Part shown: positions 14,000-26,715 of the stretch, piece after piece
How positions within the stretch are numbered: position 1 is the stretch's first letter
Layout: each line of letters starts with the position of its first letter
Assembly (NCBI RefSeq): GCF_006345805.1
Contig: NC_043005.1
Span: forward strand, 60,078,001 to 60,142,000
Source of the DNA: Octopus sinensis
Lineage: Eukaryota
Direction of reading: 5' to 3'
Length of the DNA stretch: 64,000 nt
The notes under the pieces: model-generated
The model's database searches: none
Told to the model about the DNA's origin: nothing
What the model saw: only the letters and a program-made list of their open reading frames with translations
Program-made: the position numbers and the translations under genes

Positions 14000-15518
14000 A
14001 TAATAAATATTAGGAAATAAATCCAAATTTACAGGGAAAAAATCAGATTTAGGATTAAATCCAATTTTATAGTAAAATATTATATAATATTAATTCGAGA
14101 CAAAACCACTATTTTGCAAAACAAACAAAGACTTAATCAATACATAAAAATTTTTAATATAAAGAAATAAACCGCCACTACAATCGTTTCATGTCTTCAA
14201 TGACATTCGTCAGGTGGATTTTCGATCTAAAATATCAATATATTAAAATATAAGTTTAAAATAATAAAATTATCAATGAAAAATATAAATATATATAATC
14301 TATATATAATCTATATATAATCAATATATAATCTAAAATAAACCCTATAAACAATTGAATATAAAGAAACCTATTATTAACGTTCTCATATTTAAAGATG
14401 TACAAAAAACAAAAAACAAAAAAACAAAAACAAAAAACAAAAAACAAAAAAAAACAAAAAACAAAAAACAAAAAACAAAAAAAACAAAAAACAAAAAACA
14501 AAAAACAAAAACAAAAAACAAAAACAAAATAAAAATAAACTATATATACACACATGCTCATACACATATAACTAAATATATATAACCATATCTAAATACA
14601 TACACTAACTCACACACCAATATATATATCTCTATACATACACATAAAAACGTCTATGCAACGATAAATGAATAAATTAATAAAATAGCCAAATACTTCA
14701 ACACATTACTTATTCATACTCCCTCACACGCACATACAACCCACAGTCATAAACAATATACATATACCCGCTCACACATACATATACATACATACATAAC
14801 TCGATATATACACCAATATATTCACACCCACATCCATACAGATAAATAAATTACGCAAACAATCATACACACACACACACACATTCACACATACATAAAC
14901 ACTCAAAAGAAAAATAAACAATTCTTTGCGCGTGGTGATCGAACGTTTTTTTAAAAATCATGAATGGAAAGAATGGAATAATATTTAATCAACGTAAATA
15001 TACAGAATTTACTCCAAAATCATTAATAAACCAATCATGATAATGAAACCCATATATACATATAATGATAAAACACCCTGTACCATACACAATAATACCT
15101 ATATAGCAATCCCCATAATACATTCACACACAAAAGTACACATACGTAAAACACACACCCATAACATATACATATACCCCCTCACATATATATATACATA
15201 CGTACTAAACTCGATATATACAACAATATATTCACACCCACACCCATATAGATAAATAAATTACACAACCAAATACGCACACACACACACATTCACACAT
15301 ACATAAACACTCAAAAGAAAAACAACATATCTACACATAATACGATATATAAAATACTCCATAAGTAACCAGATTATCATAAGTAACAAGATTAACAAAT
15401 GTCATTGAAGACATGAAACGATTGTAGTGGCGGTTTATTTCTTTATATTAAAAATTTTTATGTATTGATTAAGTCTTTCTTCGTTTGTTTTGCAAAATAG
15501 TGGTTTTGTCTCGAATTG

Positions 15519-15528
<10 letters not shown>
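13995..15528 (-). mobile_element. Non-coding PLE derivative (3' UTR/pLTR only) with inverted terminal arm
   Basis: 14083-14207 is the reverse complement of 15398-15525. Both ends abut (TA)n. A hammerhead lies at 14175-14217. The interior is low-complexity ((CAAAAAA)n at ~14402-14535 and an internal ~155-bp duplication), with no RT or EN ORF. Confidence 0.75.
14175..14217 (-). ncRNA. Type I hammerhead ribozyme (canonical core)
   Basis: Minus strand CCAC-CUGACGA-AUGUC(AUUGAA)GACAU-GAAA-CGAUUG-UA/GUGG: 4-bp stem I, intact core, 5-bp stem II, near-palindromic stem III, GUA cleavage triplet. Confidence 0.85.
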
Positions 15529-15595
<67 letters not shown>

Positions 15596-16077
15596 GTATA
15601 TGTATGTTTGTTGTCTTCTTTAAAAATTATATATCCGCTGCACGGAAATCTGCAATGGCTTCATAACTACCGTCTCGTCTATAACCTTAGAGCTCTAGTA
15701 ATCCGTTACAGCACTTACCTAGCGTAATAACGGTTTTGATCACCTGTGATCTAATCTCCCCATACATTATATATATATATATATATATATGAAACAAGCA
15801 GAGTTAGCGGTTATAGTAACCGATTACAGGATAAAGATATCCGCATTTACTATCAGTTACCTTTGCTATCTCTGGGCATGGATATGCAGGCAGAATATGC
15901 TTGTTGGGTACAGGTAACAACGGAATAAACAAAATTTATCAGGAATCAAATTTAATTAATCAGAAAATAGAGAAAACTACAGATCAACAAACTTTAGATC
16001 AAGAAACAAAGAATTTAGACCACATCTCAAGATTGTTTTTTAATGCAAAACATCACATAACATTTCTGTGACATAAC

Positions 16078-16159
16078 AATTCTTACGGCCGTTTCCGCTT
16101 CCAATATCAGTCGGTGCCTACGAAAGAATTACGAAAATAATATGCATCTTCATAGGATT
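16078..16159 (-). ncRNA. Degenerate hammerhead ribozyme motif with long loop 2
   Basis: AAUCCU-AUGAAGA-UGC..(~45 nt)..GCG-GAAA-CGGCCG-UA/AGAAUU. Stem III is the perfect palindrome ACGGCCGU; C3 is changed to A and stem I has one mismatch. Confidence 0.5.
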
Positions 16160-17776
16160 TTCGAACTAGTACATAGAGCTTGAACAGTGTGAATACAAAA
16201 GCTTCAAATAAAATAACCAAAAGGAAATGGAAATAAGAAAGAACATGTCCTCGAGAGGAAGCCAGCAAGCTCAATATATTAAATTCATACAATCTTCCAG
16301 CGTAGATCTTTGAAGTCGATAGGCAAAAGAGTGATCTATCAGTGGTCTAGGGAAATATTTACGGGTTGTTTCTATATAAAGTGAGGAATCAGCATGTTTG
16401 AAAAGCTGTGATATGAAGTTATCACTAAAATAATACTAGCAAATTACTAACATGTCTAGAAAGAAAGCAGCATTCATGTTATCTTAAATAGGGCTATTTA
16501 ATATTTGATCACATCAAAACCCTAGGAGTCTTATAGTAGCGTACTTACTGAAATATTGTGGTGTGACCAAACTCTATCCATCACTAAAATTGATCAATTA
16601 TATTTCAACCAAGGGCAAAAGTCAAAACTGTATCAAGGGATATGTAAATAAAGCAGAAAACGAACCAGTGAATAAAGGATACGGGAAAGAAGGCTATTAT
16701 ATAAGTTGTAAGAGGCGGCTTATGGCTTTCTACAACTTCTCAACATGACATAAATAAGGATAAATAAATAAATAGATAGATAAATATTGTCAGACAAAAT
16801 GCTATAATAATTTGATGTTAAGTGGAAACAACTAGTACAGTATGTGCTTATGAATATAATAAGCTTCTAAAATAATGTTATATTTTACATCCTAGAAAGC
16901 AAATAAAATTTCAAGTGGCAGTAATAATGGATAAATAAGTAAATGTGCACACGTACCTAAGATAATTCCACCTTATAAGTACACTAATGGGCAAAAATAC
17001 AAAAGCACAAACATATAAACGATTAAAGTTAAGTCCATATCACATGTTAATTAATACCAAGATTATAATTCCTATGTTCGAACGCAGTTTGCTAAATATT
17101 GTTTAATATGTATTATGTTATCCTAAAAGTTAGATTGTAAATATCAATAAATTTAATAATTATATTGACACTTACGTGGGGCTGCAGCCATAGAGGTCCA
17201 CCAACATATTACACTTTCAGTCCTACATAATAAACCCAAGTTTACTCATATCTCATACGAAGTCAACTACTGTAATGTCGAAGAACAGACCCATACAATC
17301 TGAGAAAGGTAAAACTGAGTTCAATAGAATAAAATAAATTCTACAGTGGGGTGATGTTGTTCCTAAGTGGGTAGGGCTATTATATTCTATTTTAATATGC
17401 TGGTAGAGCGGATTACAGCAAGTGCCAACAAGCACATCCATGGTGTAAAATGTACAGGAAAATAAAATAAAATAATGCAAAATAAATAAATAAATTAAAT
17501 ATTAAAAATTTGAATTCGTTATTGGGGGTCATATCATTGTAGGTGAATAATAATGTCCTCTGTATTCTCAAGTAAGCGCGTGATTGAAGTATCTGGCATT
17601 TGTAAAAGGGGTTAGTTATATTAAGGAGGAATGGCTTAATTAGTATAAGATGTAGGTAGTTGATATGGATGGGGATGGGACCTAAACTCCAAATTTGGGT
17701 AAAAGTGTAGGGATATTTTAATAAATACCGGCAAGGGCTCCGGTATTGCTACTAGCAAACTAGCTTTAATTAAGGA

Positions 17777-17840
<64 letters not shown>

Positions 17841-17850
17841 ATGTGTGTAA

Positions 17851-17887
<37 letters not shown>

Positions 17888-18018
17888 TGTGTGTGTGTGT
17901 GCAGGTGTGTGTGTGTGTGGATAGCCTACAAATTGCTATCATAGTAATTTGAAGGCTATGTTGTGGGGTTCTTGGTGCTATTTTAGGGTGGCATAAGGGT
18001 TTCTAATTTTATTTATAT

Positions 18019-18430
18019 TTAGCGAAGGTAAACCTCACCTTGTGCAGACAAATCTAAGCTGCTCTCTTCTCTTAGGTTCAATAGTGAGTGTCGTGCTGCT
18101 AGAATGAAAAAAATTTCATTAATGCAAAGATAACATTTTCTACTGTTTATATTGTACGAAGTTGCAGAGGCGAGGATCTCTCAAACTAACGTAAAGATAA
18201 TATCGCTATCTTTGAGTTCCCAAATATACTTGCTTAATCTAGTCGAGTTAATTCTATTTCTATTTCTGAAAGATTGTTGATATGTGGATAGTCTACGTTT
18301 CATTTCAGTTTGGGTGGCTCCTATGTAAGTCCTTTTACTCAATTGTGTTCTGACTGTGGATTTGTAAATTACGTCCTTAATTCTACAGTTATTTCCGAGG
18401 GCACATTTTCCCTATTCCTACAGTCACATA
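18019..18430 (-). pseudogene. GIY-YIG endonuclease remnant of a Hydra-type PLE
   Basis: Manual translation: CDCRNRE(fs)CALGNNCRIKDVIYKSTV..RTYIGATQTEMKRRL..SFRNRNRINSTRLSKYIWELKD..V*EILASATSYNINSRKCYLCINEIFFI..LLNLREE. Colinear with the EN domains at ~26060-26520 and ~33216-33670. Confidence 0.85.
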
Positions 18431-18783
18431 GATTGTGCTGTGGGGGTGGGGGTGGAATTGCTTTCTAGTGAGGTAGATCTCGGTCTGTTGATATTGATAG
18501 GGATTTATGGTTCTGAGTGTATTCTTTACTAAGTTTGGGGTGGGGTTTATTGTTTCTATTCCTACTATTACCGCCGAAATTATTATTGTGTTTCTATTTA
18601 AATAGACACTGCTCGCTGCTGCGGTGTCGAACGTTTAACATAGAAAGTCCAAAACAATTTTTCTCGCTGACACTAAGTAATGCGTCTTGCATAGCAACGA
18701 TGTACATAACGTATGCACGATATACAGATGAATAAATATATGTGCGAGTGTGTGTGTATGCGTATGTATGCGTGTGTGCGAGC

Positions 18784-18814
<31 letters not shown>

Positions 18815-19047
18815 TGTGTGCATGTGTTGTTCATTATTAATGTAAGATATTTCATCACCGCTCATCATAGTTCTATGCATATCTGTATCTGTACCTGTGG
18901 ATATACCTATCTATAATATTGTATATATATATATTCAGGCACACATACATATATATGTATGTATTATTGTGTGTATATATATATATGTGTGTGTGTGTAT
19001 GACTACATATACATGCACATATATACATATATATGTCTCTCTCTCTC

Positions 19048-19112
<65 letters not shown>

Positions 19113-20022
19113 GAGAGAGAAGGTGTGTTGAAGAAATACATGAATACGCCTCTCTGTGTGTGTACATATACAAATATGTATGTATGTGAGTATGTATGCA
19201 TGCATACATGGTGAAGTAATTACGTGTGAAAATGAGCGTATATATGATTCAATGCAAAACAATACGTTAATCTCCAGGCATTGAATCTTATTACATTCTG
19301 AAAGGGGATTATTTTCTCATTGAAAAATAATCTCTAGCTAACTTTTTGTAACTGAATTTCCTTGCATATAATTTGATGGAATTGTGATTATCTCTTGAAA
19401 TATGCTGAAAGTTAAAATGGATGTTAATTTCTAAAGCTAAGCATGTCGTTTTCTTCCAATAGGACAGAGGACGTGATTCGATGTTTTAATTATCTCTTTA
19501 GTTCCGTGTTATCATTGACTAAGCACCTGTTGCTTCTTCAAGCTTTTTGTTGCCGATATCAAAATGCTGAGTACTTTACATAATATATATATATATTTTT
19601 TTAAAGTTTTATATATCTAAATGCATATAATTTGCATCGCCATATCGAGTAAAATCTATTCTTAAAATACATTGTTTCCTTGCTTTAGCACAACAATCTT
19701 ATATTCTGGGTGAAGCAGAATGAGTGCCTGGTGTATATATCTTCTTGTTCCCTGGGGATTAATGATATACATAAAGTAAATTCGTGCAGACCGAAAACAG
19801 TATGTGGTACTAAAAATACAAAGTGAAATATTTTTGACCCATTTCACTTGTTAAACTTTTAAATCTAGGAGTACATAACAGTTAACACCCTGTACTTTTA
19901 GATAGTTCACGCATTATAGGGAATCTTCCGATTATAAATTCACTTATTAAATTATTTTCTGCAGTTTTTACAAATATTACAGCCAAACCTTCAAATACAT
20001 GCTACAACTAGGTACTAGCAAC

Positions 20023-20176
20023 TACGAGGAGGTTCTGGAAAGTTCCTGGCTTTGAGATTATCGCGGAACACCTGGGTGAATGCCCGACCTTTCGATTTCT
20101 TTTACAGGGCTTACGAAAACTGAAGGACAGATGTAATAAGTGTGTGAATCTGTGAGTGAAATATGTTGAATAAAAT
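20023..20176 (+). mobile_element. Mariner-derived MITE fragment
   Basis: TACGAGG..GAAAGTTCCTGG TIR-like start, and mariner C-terminus-like DNA (GACAGATGTAATAAGTGTGTGAATCTG..GAAATATGTTGAATAA). Confidence 0.55.
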
Positions 20177-20185
20177 ATTCTTTTC

Positions 20186-20328
20186 TATCTACCAAATCCC
20201 CTCACAAGGCTTTGATCGGCCTGAGGCTATAGTAGAAGACACTTACCCAAGCTGCCACGCAGTGGGACTGAACCCGGAACCATGTGGTTCGTAACATAGC
20301 TATTTACCACACAACCACTCCTACGCCT
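20186..20328 (-). mobile_element. CORE-type SINE, 5' half
   Basis: Reverse-complement similarity to 12602-12750. Confidence 0.85.
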
Positions 20329-20898
20329 ATAAAACACCACTGCCCCGGGAGTAAAAATATTTTTGTTGATGAAGGGTTTACTTTGCGAATCAGCCGCGAA
20401 AGAGGGTTTTTCGTATGTCGGTTAGAATATTTGTAGTGCGTCGGATTCACATTTTTAACCTGGTTAAAGTTATTCTGTCTCTTATCCTGTCAGTACTTCC
20501 GAAACTCTCTTTTCGAATGCGTCTTTATTACTTTGAGGGTGTAACAACATTTGGGTGTTATTGAATGCTTACAAGCAAAAATCTTTGTTTTTGCCCTATA
20601 CATGTATTTACCCAGTAGTTCAAGCAATGTATTTCCTGTTACTAAAATAGTGTTTTTGATCTTTTAGGCTAACAAGCGTTGTCTAACTATGCCAAACCGA
20701 CATTGATTTAGCAAGCTTTCCGATTTTTGTCAAACGCTGTATCAAAATTTAATAACCTATTTTGTCGAATCATTCTTCGTAGTACTGTAAGTTTGTGCAA
20801 CTCCTCCCATTATTTCACAATGAAGATTCTCTTATATACGTTCAATTAAATATTAAAAATTGTTTTGTTCATTTTAACAGTCTGCAAATATAGCGCTC

Positions 20899-21096
20899 AA
20901 ATTATGGCAGAAGGCCAACAATTTGGGGGTAAGGATTAAATCGATTACAACGGCTCCAGTGCTCCAATGGTACTTATTTTATCGACCTGAAGCCGATGAA
21001 ACATAAAGGCTACCTCGGCAGAAACTGAACACAAAAACGGACGAAATACTGCTACGAATTTTACATGGCAGGTAAACGATTCTGTCAGCTTGCCGA
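20899..21096 (-). mobile_element. tRNA-derived SINE, second family (diverged)
   Basis: Similar to the copies at 21121-21330 and 30692-30906. Confidence 0.7.
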
Positions 21097-21120
21097 CTTA
21101 CAAACTATAAATTTCGATTT

Positions 21121-21330
21121 CAAATTTTGGTACAAAGTCAACAATTTCGGTGGGGTGAGGATAAGTCGGTTGCATCGACCCCAGTGCTCTACTGGTACTT
21201 TTTAATCGACCTCCGAAAGGATGAAAGGCAAAGTCTACTTCAGCGGAATTTGAACTCAGAACGTAAAGACGGACGAAATAGCGCTAAGCATTTGGCCCGG
21301 ATGGTTTTTGATTCTGCCAGATCGCCGCCT
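21121..21330 (-). mobile_element. tRNA-derived SINE, second family
   Basis: Minus strand GGCGATCTGGCAGAATC head, GAGTTCAAATTCCGC B box, GCCTTTCATCCTTTCGGAGGTCGAT..AAGTACCAGT central domain. Confidence 0.85.
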
Positions 21331-21984
21331 TTTAGTCTATAAATATGACAAAGCGTTACATCCTTCATGAGATGGAAGACGCTTATATTTTTGACCTACC
21401 TCACTCTAGATTTGTTCATCAAGTAACGTATCTCGACTAGATTAACCCACTGTATTGCATGAATAGATTTGTTCATTTCGGATATATTATATGCAATGAC
21501 AAACCCCACGCTTCAAACTATTGTAACTTAATGGGTGATATATAAAAAAAAAATTCACATTGAGATTGCATTCTGTATTCATGGATTTTCTTTTTTCATT
21601 TTATTTTGTGGCTTAAAATTTAAATTTTGTAGTGAAATATTGCATAATCAATCACTCCGTTAAACTGTTACTGAGGCCTCGGTCGATCCTGATCGAAGAG
21701 TCTTATACATAATCAAGGGGTTACTAAATGCGACTTGTATGTATTTCCAACCGAGATATACATTATCTAATTTGTGTTTGTCTGGGCCGATGAGTGGGCA
21801 TTTGAATGAGATATGGCTCTTGTTTCTCTAGTTTACTGGTCATATAAAGAATCATTTGTTGGTTCACATCACTCTGAGTTTTATTAAAACCATTCATATG
21901 AACAACATGATAGTCATAATAGTCTCCTTGGGAATTTGAAATAAGAATTTAGTTGTTAAAATGAATGAAATTAAATGATGGCTT

Positions 21985-22150
21985 CAAATTTTGTCACAGG
22001 AACCAATTTTGACTGGTACTTATATTATCGACCTTGAAAGTATGCAAAGATGCGCTCAGAACGTAAGGGCGGACGAAAGGCCGTTAAGCACTTTGTCTGT
22101 CCTTACGTTCTGAGCAGAAATTCCGCCGAGTTCACGTTTGTTTCATGTTG
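21985..22150. mobile_element. Head-to-head fused SINE fragments forming a hairpin
   Basis: CTCAGAACGTAAGGGCGGAC (22055-22074) pairs with GTCTGTCCTTACGTTCTGAG (22095-22114); both halves match the second SINE family. Confidence 0.65.
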
Positions 22151-22978
22151 ATGAAGAATGCTGAATTAGAAATTAAGATTTATATATTTTTTCTATTATC
22201 TAAAAGCACGTGGAGATTCCCCAAAGTTCCATAATTTTAACATCAAAGTAAAATGAAGTCACGAAGTATAACTATTTCCACATGAAATGTATATTTTAAA
22301 TTTCATTGCATGTGAAGTAATTTTGTCGTTACTTACAACAAGACACACATACGCACATATACGTATGTATATTTGCATTTAAATTTATATGTTTGTCTCT
22401 TTGTCTTTTCATATATTGCCATGTAGATCCTCAGTGTTATTGTGAATTTAAATAACAGACCTTAGAGTTCAGGTTCGGGTTCTCTGCCTGCTATGCATGT
22501 TCAATTCAAGTTCTTTGATATTTTTGCGTGTAAAACCATTCGTTTATGATAGTATGTGTATAAACCCAAGTATTTGACTGGAACATGCTGCTTACAATTG
22601 CTTACGGAGTAAGAGAGAGGAGGGAGAGTGATTACTATGAGACGAGTGGGAGGGTAAGGGTTCTATTTTAGGGGAGAGAACCACTTCAGGGGTTTATATT
22701 TCTTCTTTATGTTAAGAAATATATTTTCTACGAGGAAAACAGCAACTATTTCTATATTTCCACGTAATTCATTTATTAGATATTCTAGTTGTTGTTGTGG
22801 ATTGTGGTATTTCACCATTTTTCAGGCTCTTCAGCAGGACATAAGTCGAGAACATGAAATTACTTACTTTATAGCTATTGAAAAAATTAAAATTTAAATG
22901 CAATCGCTTTTTTAAATTTATTCTTCTTCTAACAATAGGGAAAATAAGGAAAGAGGTCAATATGAAGACAGAAAAAAC

Positions 22979-23049
22979 CTCAGAGTAATATTAAAATTAA
23001 ACATATATACGATCGACTTTCCAGTGTTTTCTTTTCTTTGAGAGAGAGA

Positions 23050-23082
<33 letters not shown>

Positions 23083-23193
23083 GGAGACAGAGGGAGAGAC
23101 AGGAAGAGGGAAAGTCTGCTACTTGCCTAAGTCTCAGAGTAATATTAAAATGAAACATATATACGATCGATTTTCCAAATTTTTTCTTTTCTT

Positions 23194-23264
<71 letters not shown>

Positions 23265-23310
23265 CAGAGACAGTGGGAGGGACAGGAAGACGGAAAGTCT
23301 ACTACTTGCG
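22979..23310. repeat. Two-unit tandem duplication containing (GA)n
   Basis: CTCAGAGTAATATTAAAAT.AAACATATATACGATCGA...(GA)n...GGAAAGTCT.CTACTTGC occurs twice (from ~22979 and ~23133). Confidence 0.9.
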
Positions 23311-23581
23311 TTTGTTGTTTGACTTATAATTATATTTTGCTATATCTTTTTCCAGCACAGGGTTCCTTGTGTGTGTGATGGTTTTTCAAGTAGTTACTTT
23401 TCACGCTTTCACTATACAGCACACACATATCCCTATGTGTTATTTTCAGACGTGAATGAAGGATTTCTTCTTGCATTTCCTTGATTAATTCATCAACATT
23501 ACGGTGTGTATTAAAACATATTAAAGTATATTTGTGTAAACCGAGGCAATCTTTTATTGTAACCAATGCTGAACCGTTGTG

Positions 23582-23613
<32 letters not shown>

Positions 23614-24051
23614 TGTAGTAGTAGCAGCAGCAGCAGCAGAGACTTCAGTAGCTGCAACCCTAGTAGGAGGAGAGAAAAACGTAGGAGAGGTTTGTAAGTT
23701 GAACAACTGCGGGTGACGAAAATATATTAAAATATCATGTGATTCTCCTCCCATCACAACATTTAAAACTATAAGGAAAACTAACCATGATCTAACATCA
23801 AGTGGTGCTATTATGTTTTCTCAACGAGAAAACTAAATTTTCATAATCTACAACATTTAAGGAATATCAGTCTTCGAGATAAAATATTCATGTGGGATTA
23901 TTTTGTCACGTACCGAAAAATTAATACAATGTTCACATTGCATTCTCTCGCAGGCATGGATAATTGAAGATCATTAAATCCAAAACAAGTAATCTGATGC
24001 CGATTAAAACGATATGTAATTTCATGGGAATACTTTCGAATATGACTGACG

Positions 24052-24116
<65 letters not shown>

Positions 24117-24675
24117 TAGATAGATAGATAGATATACACAAACACACACATATATATAGATTTACACATATATATATATATATATACATATATACATATT
24201 TACATACATATATATACACGTATATTTACTTATATATATATTTACACACACACACACAGATATATATATATATATATATATTGATAAAACGGTAAGATAA
24301 CAAAAGAAAGAAAGAGACCTCAATATTATGTAAATAGAGGAAATTTATCTATACAATATGTTACATTACTCGGTAGTCAAGATAAACCTCTGAGTTTCAG
24401 ATGCCGAAGTGGAAATCCACAACACCATCTCTTCGGTTATCTGGCTATTTGAAAACGTTATGAAAAAATACCGTTAAAAATGAAGGGAAATTACTCTGTT
24501 ATAACTCTGCTTTGCCTGCGTACTTATACATCGCTCGCATTTTTCGTCATAAAAATTATATAAAAATACATAAAAATATATAAAAATATATAAAAATATA
24601 TAAAATCTTCTTGGGACATAACACAGAAAGCATGTTCTATCCGTTTTCTTTAGGGGACCAAAAACGTAACAGAAA

Positions 24676-26520
24676 AAAAAGAAAAAAGATATTGATCATA
24701 TAAAAAACTCCAAGAAAAAAGCACTTTTTTCGGATAAAACCAAGAACTTATACCTGGTAGATAACAGCAAATACACACAACTCTTACACAACAGCATCAT
24801 TAATAATTATACTAAGGCTAGGGCACAGACATACAACGAAATTAATAAAGAAGCTAGCGTCATCGCCGCTAAACTTAAATTAGATAAAAAAATAGAAACC
24901 CTCCCCCAAAAAGAGGCCTTTATTACTATTAAAGACCACAAAGAAAACTTCCTTTCCAACCCTAAATGTAGGCTTATCAACCCAGCCAAGTCAGAACTAG
25001 GGATTATTAGCAAAGAAATTTTAGATAAAATAAATACGAAAATTAAGACCGATACTAGGCTAGTGCAATGGTCCAATAGTATAGAAGTCGTAGACTGGTT
25101 TAAAGCTATTAAGAATAAGAAAAAAGCGAGGTTTACACAATTCGATATTGTTGATTTTTATGCCTCTATCTCTAAAGAACTGCTAGATAAAGCCCTAATC
25201 TTCGCTAGTGACTTCATAGAAATTAGTACCAATGATAAGGATATAATCTTCCATGCTAGAAAGACATTACTTTTCAGTGAGAATGCAAAGTGGGTAAAAA
25301 ACACCGACACGGAGGGCGCTTTCGATGTGAGCATGGGTTCATATGATGGGGCAGGCATCTGTGATCTAATTGGACTCTTTCTCCTAGATACCTTCGGTAA
25401 GACATTCCCTAACGTACATTTCGCCATCTACAAAGATGATGCCCTCGCCTTAACAGCTAATACAAATGGACCAGCACAAGATCGTTTTAGGAAGGATATT
25501 ATCCAGTTAAGGAAACACTTCGGACTTAGTATAACTATAGACACTAACCTGACGGTTGTCAATTTCTTAGACGTTTCCTTAGATCTTAATAATAATATTT
25601 ATAAGCCTTATAGGAAGCCCAATGATAGACTAAGTTATATTAATGTAGGTTCATGCCATCCCCCTATAGTATTCAAAAATTTAGTTAAAAATATTAGTAA
25701 GAGGATTTCTAGCCTCTCATCTAATGAGAACATCTTCAATAGCGTTGCCCCAGTTTATAATAAAGCTTTAAAAGATAGTGGTCTTAGCGAAAAAATAAAA
25801 TATACACCTATCACCAGCCCAACAATAAGGAAAAGGAATAATAGAAATAGGAAGGTCATCTGGTTTACGCCCCCTTACTCACCCGAGGTGGCCTTCAATA
25901 TAGGTAAATATTTCCTAGCACTGATAGATAGACATTTTCCAGTTAACCATGCTTATAGGAAACCCTTCAATAGACACAATTTAAAAATTAGTTTTAGTTC
26001 AACTACCAATTTTAAAAACATAATCAATCATAACATACAAAAAACACAAGAAGAAAACAGCTGTTCATGCAGGAATAAAGAATTGTGCCCGCTAAATGGA
26101 GCTTGCATGTCCAAGACCATCATATATGAAGCTACCGTAAACTCTATAACCACTAAAGACACCGTTTCGACGAAGAAATACGTGGGCCTGATAGAGGGTA
26201 ATTTCAAGGCCAGGTTCAATAACCACACTTTGAGCTTTAGGCACTGGAACAAAAGAAAAGCGACACAATTATCCAATCATATTTGGTCTTTAAGAGATAA
26301 AGGTGTCGATTATAACATACAATGGAAGATTTTGGCCAGATGTAAGCCCTATACTAACGGCAGCGGAAGGTGCGGTTTATGCGACATGGAGAGATGGCTT
26401 ATCTGGAAAAGCAGCTTAGACCCTACCACATGTCTAAATACAAGAACAGAGCTTTTCGGATCATGCCCACATGTGACTAAATTTCTGTTACGTTTTTGGT
26501 CCCCTAAAGAAAACGGATAG
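24676..26520 (+). CDS. PLE reverse transcriptase + GIY-YIG endonuclease (5'-truncated, open frame)
   Basis: The frame is open upstream of ORF 25063 back to the junction (SDKTKNLY..FITIKDHKENF..PKCRLINPAKSELG). RT motifs QFDIVDFY, SMGSYDGAGICDLIG, YKDD, NFLDVSLDL; linker CSCRNKELC; EN IIYEA..YVG..RF..H..CGLC..E..LN.R.E..CPH. Confidence 0.9.
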   Translation, partial: KKKKDIDHIKNSKKKALFSDKTKNLYLVDNSKYTQLLHNSIINNYTKARAQTYNEINKEASVIAAKLKLDKKIETLPQKEAFITIKDHKENFLSNPKCRLINPAKSELGIISKEILDKINTKIKTDTRLVQWSNSIEVVDWFKAIKNKKKARFTQFDIVDFYASISKELLDKALIFASDFIEISTNDKDIIFHARKTLLFSENAKWVKNTDTEGAFDVSMGSYDGAGICDLIGLFLLDTFGKTFPNVHFAIYKDDALALTANTNGPAQDRFRKDIIQLRKHFGLSITIDTNLTVVNFLDVSLDLNNNIYKPYRKPNDRLSYINVGSCHPPIVFKNLVKNISKRISSLSSNENIFNSVAPVYNKALKDSGLSEKIKYTPITSPTIRKRNNRNRKVIWFTPPYSPEVAFNIGKYFLALIDRHFPVNHAYRKPFNRHNLKISFSSTTNFKNIINHNIQKTQEENSCSCRNKELCPLNGACMSKTIIYEATVNSITTKDTVSTKKYVGLIEGNFKARFNNHTLSFRHWNKRKATQLSNHIWSLRDKGVDYNIQWKILARCKPYTNGSGRCGLCDMERWLIWKSSLDPTTCLNTRTELFGSCPHVTKFLLRFWSPKENG

Positions 26521-26715
26521 AACATGCTTTCTGTGTTATGTCCCAAGAAGATTTTATATATTTTTATATATTTTTATATATTTTTATGTATTTTTATATA
26601 ATTTTTATGACGAAAAATGCGAGCGATGTATAAGTACGCAGGCAAAGCAGAGTTATAACAGAGTAATTTCCCTTCATTTTTAACGGTATTTTTTCATAAC
26701 GTTTTCAAATAGCCA

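Noticed and set aside
17200-17620. Possible second GIY-YIG remnant (QHI..Y, SVLPF fragments) on the minus strand
   Set aside because: Too degenerate to align convincingly by eye; needs tBLASTn.
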